A stretch of DNA of 64,000 nucleotides from an uncultured Collinsella sp. (GTDB taxonomy: Bacteria; Actinomycetota; Coriobacteriia; Coriobacteriales; Coriobacteriaceae), in NCBI GenBank assembly GCA_902497065.1, contig CABVDH010000006.1, positions 26,901-90,900 on the forward strand, read 5' to 3'. Both the position numbers and the translations under genes were made by a program. This document shows positions 58,340 through 64,000 of this stretch, piece after piece. How positions within the stretch are numbered: the stretch's first letter is position 1; each line of letters begins with the position of its first letter. Under the pieces are notes generated by a model that was not told the DNA's origin, searched no databases, and saw nothing but the letters and a program-made list of their open reading frames with translations.

Positions 58340-58538
58340 CGACGTACATTTTTGGGAGTATTCAGCATTGGAGCGCGCCGTGCGCCATCCTCAGCGTCCT
58401 ATTTGGAACGCAGATAGCGCCCGATCGGCATAAAAAGTGCCCCCGATGGCAAATTACGCCATCGGGGGCACTTAAAACAGTCGTTCTGCACCTCATTCAG
58501 GGCATGCCAATGCTGAATACTCCCAAAAATGCACGTCG
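58340..58538. mobile_element. 199-bp MITE-like element with 32-bp terminal inverted repeats
   Basis: CGACGTACATTTTTGGGAGTATTCAGCATTGG (58340-58371) vs CCAATGCTGAATACTCCCAAAAATGCACGTCG (58507-58538), 31/32 match; internal hairpin 58435-58472. Confidence 0.55.
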
Positions 58539-58563
58539 CAAGAGGGGGTACCTGCTCAATCGG

Positions 58564-59643
58564 CTAAATACCCGCAAGTTCGCAGTAGCGATCGACATTG
58601 CTGGCAAATACCATCTCGACGGCGCCCTTCTGGACGGGCACCGTCGGGGTCCTTCCCCACAGCAGATAATCGCCCAGCGTCTTAGCGCCGCGATACGCCA
58701 GGCTCGTCGGGTCCTTATAGACAATATTGGTAAAGATACCGCGGCGCAAGGCCAGAGCACTTTCGGGAAACAGGTCGTTGCCGACCACCATGACCTGACC
58801 GGCCTTGCCGGTCGAGACGAGCGCGTCGGCAACCACTTCGGAACCAACGGCAAAAACGCTACAGATAAGTTCGGGGGCGTCCGGCGCACTCAAGCGCTTT
58901 TCGAGCTCATGCTCGAGTTGTTTGACTTGCGCATGGGCACCTGCAAGATCCTCAACCTGCCATGGAATATCACGTTCGCGCAGGTAATTGTGGAAGGCGC
59001 GGGCGGTTAGATAGTGCGAATCGGTATATGGGTCGCCTGTCAAAAGGAGCACGCGGGCGTCGGCCCCAGAAGCATGGACCAGGTTTGCCGCCTGCTCGGC
59101 CATAAGGCTGCCTGCCGTCGAATAATCGGCCAAGCTCGCACCCAAACGATTCAAATGCGGACGGTCGCCGTCGACAAGCTCAATCGTCACGCCCGCCTCG
59201 GCGATCTGCCCCAAAAGCTCAGTCGCACGATCGTCGCCCGGCGCATAGGCGAGCAAGCCATCAATCTTCTCGCCCACCTGCAGACGCTCGTCGATTTGCT
59301 CGAGTGCATCAGCGTAGCCGCCCACGCCAAATTCAACGCGCTCAACCGTAATGCCCCGGTCGATGACCTCCTGTTCAAAGCGATTGCAGCCTTCCCACAG
59401 GTAACGGAAAAAGTACGCTCCCTCGCGCGATGCGCGGGGCAGGCAAAACACCAGATTGATATCCTTGCGGCGCAGGCTTGAGGCACTTGTGTTGCGGTGA
59501 TAGCCCATGGCCTCGGCCTTAGCGTTCACCTTGGCGCGCACGGATTCGCTCACGCCGGCCTTTCCCGTCAGAGCCTTGTGCACGGTATTGATGGAAACGC
59601 CAAGCTCGGCGGCTATGTCCTTCATGGTTACGCGAGCGCTCAT
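58564..59643 (-). CDS. LacI family regulator, probable uronate-locus repressor
   Basis: TMKDIAAELGVSINTVHKAL, MGYHRN..ASSL. Confidence 0.9.
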   Translation of the reverse strand: MSARVTMKDIAAELGVSINTVHKALTGKAGVSESVRAKVNAKAEAMGYHRNTSASSLRRKDINLVFCLPRASREGAYFFRYLWEGCNRFEQEVIDRGITVERVEFGVGGYADALEQIDERLQVGEKIDGLLAYAPGDDRATELLGQIAEAGVTIELVDGDRPHLNRLGASLADYSTAGSLMAEQAANLVHASGADARVLLLTGDPYTDSHYLTARAFHNYLRERDIPWQVEDLAGAHAQVKQLEHELEKRLSAPDAPELICSVFAVGSEVVADALVSTGKAGQVMVVGNDLFPESALALRRGIFTNIVYKDPTSLAYRGAKTLGDYLLWGRTPTVPVQKGAVEMVFASNVDRYCELAGI

Positions 59644-59787
59644 GCGGTTACTCCGTTATAGATAAGTTGCCAATTAATAGTCCAGTTAACGATACCCCAA
59701 AAATACTCTTCGACTCGCCGTGCTCTCCCTCAAATGCACAAAGCGCCCCGCGAACGGATGCCCGCGGAGCGCTTGGATGTCCGAACC

Positions 59788-59988
59788 TTATTTGATACCG
59801 CGACCCAAGTCTTCGGCGATTTTGTCTACGCCCTTAAGTGCAGCGCACGTCTTTTTGTTGGAGCAATGCCCCGTGCAAACGCCACCCTGAGCGCAGTCGG
59901 CGCAGGTGCCCTTGCGGTAGATGCGCACGCACACGGCGACAAACGCAACGCCGATAACAGCCAGTACAACAATATCGATAGGTGCCAT
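59788..59988 (-). CDS. Small Cys-rich membrane protein (FeoB-associated type)
   Basis: N-terminal TM then CADC..C..C..C; AGGAGG RBS. Confidence 0.75.
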   Translation of the reverse strand: MAPIDIVVLAVIGVAFVAVCVRIYRKGTCADCAQGGVCTGHCSNKKTCAALKGVDKIAEDLGRGIK

Positions 59989-60165
59989 AGCAAGCCTCCT
60001 CTAGTTAACCACCACTTACTTTATCCCATTCTCCACCTACCAAAAAGGGACAGGTTAATTTTGGTCGGTTTTATCTGCGAAAACGCCACATCTCCCCACC
60101 ACATTGGTACAAGGCAACCTATCCGGAATGGGTGAAATCATGATCATAGAGCTCATCTCGCTGCC

Positions 60166-62031
60166 TCACTCAGCAATAAGGTTTACCCTGGTGCTATTTT
60201 TCTCGATACGATAGACGCCGACCTTGCCTGTAACGCCATAATGCTTTTTAAGTAGACCCATCTCCGCAGAATTGGACTCGATTACGATGAGCTTGTCATA
60301 ACCCGACAGAAGGTTATCCATATTGGGCTCATAGAACGCGCATATGGCATCGGAATGCGGGGCAAACAGATAATATCGAGCCACATACGTGAAGTAATAC
60401 GAAGTCATAAGCCCATCGCGATCGGAACCGAACAGCAAATAACGAGTACCGTCTTCTTTACCCGATGCCGGCCAGCGATCACCGACGACATCTCGGACCG
60501 TCGCCGGAAGCGAAGTGTCGTATGTCTTTGCATTGAATAGCATGCCGTTGTATTCACTCGTCAAAAGGCCAAGCGACAAGGCGATGCAGCCCATTACAAC
60601 CTGTTGGTATCGCCGCTTATGTAACGGCGTTGCATGGCAGGGGGAACCATCGGACCGGAATTTCATCTGCCCCTCAAGCTCAACGGTAACTGCCATCGCC
60701 AGGCCACCGACAAACAATGCAATGATGCTGCAAGCATAACGATCGAATCCAGCAAGCCTCAAGGCCTCGTCCATTGGCATCGAGAAAATGTACATGGCGA
60801 GAATACCCACATAGTAAACAATTGTCATGAAATCAAGCGCAACCAGTGCGCGGCACACATGTGTCAACTGATGCCCAAAGCGCCACCGAGCAGCCGCTAG
60901 CAATGCGACAACAGCCAAGTTGCCGAGCAGGAAACCGAGCGCAGGCCTGGTAGTTAAATCGATGGAGGTCGCAAAAAACGTCGAGACGACCTGCGCGATC
61001 TGGGCAGTATTCTTACCGCCGACCACCGCCGCGTGAGCAGCATCGCCCACATCGAACTTATTCTTGACGCCCGCGAGCGCCGTGGCCATGTGCCAACTCC
61101 ACATCAGATAAGTGGAAAAACCCAAAACACCTGCGACGGCAGTTGCACCAAACCAGCGCAGACGAGCGTTCCAGCTGCGATTCCTGAGAGCAACGTGTCC
61201 GCGCGCTAAATGGTAAGCGAGCACAAATGCAACGAATACGACGCCCGTCGACTTCACCACTATGAGCTCCGCCATCAACGGCACGAGCAACTTGAGCTCG
61301 CGGCGAACATCACCGTTATAACGATCCACGACTGCCCAGCACGCCATCGTGAGGACCGGGAGCACGAAATCAACCAAAAGGTTATTAATGCGAATCGTTA
61401 CATTGAAAAACGTAAGGAGCGAGCAGCCAGCCCCTAACACCGCATATGGCAGAAACGAACGGCGATTGCGCACAATACCAAGAACAGCATAAAAACATGA
61501 GAAGATAAAGGCTGCCTGAACAACGAGCATTGTTCCCTCGGCATGGCCTAAAAACGTGCATGCGCAGTACAGCAGTGAAGTTGTGCCGAGCGGATAGTTG
61601 AAAAACTCAACGAGACCACTTGACGCCGTGGGGAAAGCCCCCGTCTCCAGCATGACCTTGAGCGCTATAGCCCAATGCGTAAAGTTATCGTAATGCTCGA
61701 GACGCGCCGACAGCAGGGGCCACAGAAAGATCAACATACCTAGGAGAAAACACGCGTCAGGGAGACCAAAGGGCAATCTAGCAAGACCACGACCATGGAG
61801 ACAGGGCATTGCCGCTGCACCGGCGATGGCGCCCACCACAACCACCCCCCAGATGGCAGGGGCAAGCGCGCCCACGATTCCACCGGCATACGTGACGACC
61901 CCCATGACACACAAGGCACACACGGGAGCGAAATGCACATCCGTCTCGGTCAAACGATGGATCCAATAGCACAGACCGAAGAGCGCTAGCAGGAACAGCG
62001 CCACACGGCCGAAGGCAGCAATAATCAGCAT
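60166..62031 (-). CDS. Polytopic membrane protein, possibly glycan transfer/modification
   Basis: Many TM segments, YDNFTHW, NYPLG, NLLVD; overlaps the upstream synthase stop. Confidence 0.65.
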   Translation of the reverse strand: MLIIAAFGRVALFLLALFGLCYWIHRLTETDVHFAPVCALCVMGVVTYAGGIVGALAPAIWGVVVVGAIAGAAAMPCLHGRGLARLPFGLPDACFLLGMLIFLWPLLSARLEHYDNFTHWAIALKVMLETGAFPTASSGLVEFFNYPLGTTSLLYCACTFLGHAEGTMLVVQAAFIFSCFYAVLGIVRNRRSFLPYAVLGAGCSLLTFFNVTIRINNLLVDFVLPVLTMACWAVVDRYNGDVRRELKLLVPLMAELIVVKSTGVVFVAFVLAYHLARGHVALRNRSWNARLRWFGATAVAGVLGFSTYLMWSWHMATALAGVKNKFDVGDAAHAAVVGGKNTAQIAQVVSTFFATSIDLTTRPALGFLLGNLAVVALLAAARWRFGHQLTHVCRALVALDFMTIVYYVGILAMYIFSMPMDEALRLAGFDRYACSIIALFVGGLAMAVTVELEGQMKFRSDGSPCHATPLHKRRYQQVVMGCIALSLGLLTSEYNGMLFNAKTYDTSLPATVRDVVGDRWPASGKEDGTRYLLFGSDRDGLMTSYYFTYVARYYLFAPHSDAICAFYEPNMDNLLSGYDKLIVIESNSAEMGLLKKHYGVTGKVGVYRIEKNSTRVNLIAE

Positions 62032-64000
62032 GCAGCGTCTCCTTCGACATGAGCAGAATCGTGACTGGTCCGCTCCGCATCCCGTGAATCGCCGCATCGA
62101 TCGCTATCACGCCTGGAGCGGCGGCGAGATCTCCATACGCGGTAACGCGAAAGAAGCGCCCTTATCCTCATGCGGACAATACGCACGATATCGTCATAGG
62201 TGGTGTTCCAGCTATCAAGCTCCTCGGCGATGCCCGTTTCGCGATCGTACAGCAGCTGATCATAGATGCGACGCTCCTCGAGCGAGCGGTGCTCGATTCG
62301 AAGCGCCGCGTACCACGACTCATCATCGCCACATTTGGATTGAAAGAGGCGCACAAGCCTACCAGAAACGCATGTGCAATAGCGACCATCTCCCAAGCGC
62401 ACCGCAAAGCTGCGCAGCTCCTCGGGAAAGGGATCATCGATGCGCACGAGTACACCACCGTCTGACATGTTGATGGCACGCCCCGCGAAAACACCCACAG
62501 GGCCTTCGTCATCCGTCTCATCCGAACTGCAATCGGGGAAAACGCCACCTTCGGCCACGGCTTCGCCGGTGCCCTCGGTTAGCTTCGACCACTCATCCTC
62601 AACCGGCAGCGCCGTCAGCACCGCAGGTTCGTCTACGGAGATGCGAGTACTCTTGCGCGGCATGGACCGACCACCCGAAAAGGCAATAGCATACAAAAGG
62701 GCAATCAAGTTGTAGCACAACCAATAGATGATCACGGAACTGTACACGAGCGCCATGCCATACTTTCCCCATGTAAATCTGATAATAGCTGCAACCGAGA
62801 GCACCACGAGCAACAGGTGTGGGAGCATGTTCCACAGGCTACCGCTGCGATTGGTCGTCTTGTCTTTACGCGTAACTTTGAACTTGGTCTCGCGGATACC
62901 GAGCGTCTCAAGAAATACGGGAATAATAAGTGATGGCGCCAGCGTGGTGTCGATGATTTGACTCCATTTCTGACTGCGAACATTGCTCGAAAGCAATTTC
63001 ATAGACCTGCTATAAAAGAAATAGCTCGGCAGCCAAAAAATTAGTAACTGCCAGAGTGTGCAGTTAACCACTTGGAAGTCAAACAAGGCAAACATAATGG
63101 GCGCAAGAATGAAGATGATGCGGTTGAAGAATGACCACCAGTACAGAAAACTGCACAGATAGGTAATGCGCGCGGAAAAAGAAATCTTACGGGAAAAGAT
63201 GACACCCGTGTTTTGGATGCTCTGAATCACACCGCGCGCCCAGCGGATGCGTTGGTGCACCATCGAGCGCACATCCGTCGTCGAGAGGCCGTGAGCTTCG
63301 ACCTTATCAGTGGCATAGGTAATATAACCCGCCATCTGCAGACGACAGCTCGTCTCAAAATCTTCGGTGATCGTATGATACGGAAACCCGCCAATCTCCT
63401 CCATACCGGCGCGCGAAATCACGGCATTGCTACCGGTGTATGCGCAGGCGTTGGACGAGTTGCGCATCTGGTTTACCTCGCGTGAGAAGAAATCTTGCTC
63501 ATTAGGAATCTTGTCCTCGGCGTACAGATTGAACTGAAAAAGATCAAGATTATAGAAGCTTTGCGGCGTCTGAATCAGACCGACTTTAAGGTCCTCATTG
63601 AGTTCGTCCTCGGAACGATAACGCCATGCGCCGGTCGCGCCATCCTGAATATAGCGAGGCAGCAAGAAATAGGGCACGGTATCTACGAGAAAGCTGCTAC
63701 GCGGAATCATGTCGGCATCGAACGTCGCGATCAGCGGTGAAGTCGTGTGCCTTAACGCGTTGTTGAGGTTGCCCGATTTGGCATACTTGTTATCCTCGCA
63801 GGGGATATAACCAATCCCAAGTTCAGCCGCAAGGGAAGCGACCTCTTTGCGGCAGCCATCGTCAGCAAAATAGACGTGCACCCGAGAACGATCGGGATAG
63901 TCCATGTAGGTACAGGCGTTCGCCGTCTTGAACAACACGTCAGTCGGCTCGTTGTGCGTAGCGATTACCACGTCAACGTCGGGATAGTCTTCGGGCAAGA
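62025..64000 (-). CDS. BcsA-like processive GT2 with PilZ-like domain (5' end outside window)
   Basis: ADDG, AKSGNLN, FDAD, QTPQ, TED, QRIRW; PilZ motifs RKSTR and NMSDGG. Confidence 0.88.
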   Translation of the reverse strand, partial: LPEDYPDVDVVIATHNEPTDVLFKTANACTYMDYPDRSRVHVYFADDGCRKEVASLAAELGIGYIPCEDNKYAKSGNLNNALRHTTSPLIATFDADMIPRSSFLVDTVPYFLLPRYIQDGATGAWRYRSEDELNEDLKVGLIQTPQSFYNLDLFQFNLYAEDKIPNEQDFFSREVNQMRNSSNACAYTGSNAVISRAGMEEIGGFPYHTITEDFETSCRLQMAGYITYATDKVEAHGLSTTDVRSMVHQRIRWARGVIQSIQNTGVIFSRKISFSARITYLCSFLYWWSFFNRIIFILAPIMFALFDFQVVNCTLWQLLIFWLPSYFFYSRSMKLLSSNVRSQKWSQIIDTTLAPSLIIPVFLETLGIRETKFKVTRKDKTTNRSGSLWNMLPHLLLVVLSVAAIIRFTWGKYGMALVYSSVIIYWLCYNLIALLYAIAFSGGRSMPRKSTRISVDEPAVLTALPVEDEWSKLTEGTGEAVAEGGVFPDCSSDETDDEGPVGVFAGRAINMSDGGVLVRIDDPFPEELRSFAVRLGDGRYCTCVSGRLVRLFQSKCGDDESWYAALRIEHRSLEERRIYDQLLYDRETGIAEELDSWNTTYDDIVRIVRMRIRALLSRYRVWRSRRRSRRDSDRCGDSRDAERTSHDSAHVEGDAAC

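Overview
GC-rich actinobacterial chromosome window, most consistent with Coriobacteriia (Collinsella-like; inferred from gene content and composition, not from a search). Left part: a partial beta-helix surface protein, HAD and MFS genes, moaA and a moaC-mobB fusion, a palindrome-flanked DUF559/Vsr-like nuclease, a heterodimeric ABC exporter, MATE-MerR, an AT-richer Tat cysteine-protease/lipoprotein pair, ligA, htrA, and a glnA-like/glnR pair in which the GS lacks several catalytic residues. From about 23 to 60 kb lies a large sugar-acid/pectin catabolic region (kdgK, eda, IlvD/Edd dehydratase with GntP, dhuD/dhuI-like genes, GH105, SGNH, CE8 fusion, GH28, transporter, uxaABC, two LacI and two GntR regulators). 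It is interrupted by a decayed integrative element with a tRNA-Met att fragment. The window ends in a partial BcsA-like synthase. The most interesting signals are mostly non-coding: two structured-RNA-like motifs, each in two copies with compensatory base changes, at the kdgK-eda and 27.4 kb promoters; several fixed-length palindromic element families (61 bp, 67 bp, about 200 bp); a 21-bp-period direct repeat upstream of carbohydrate promoters; and a decamer array before an AAA+/wHTH ATPase. No CRISPR array, rRNA or intact tRNA was seen.
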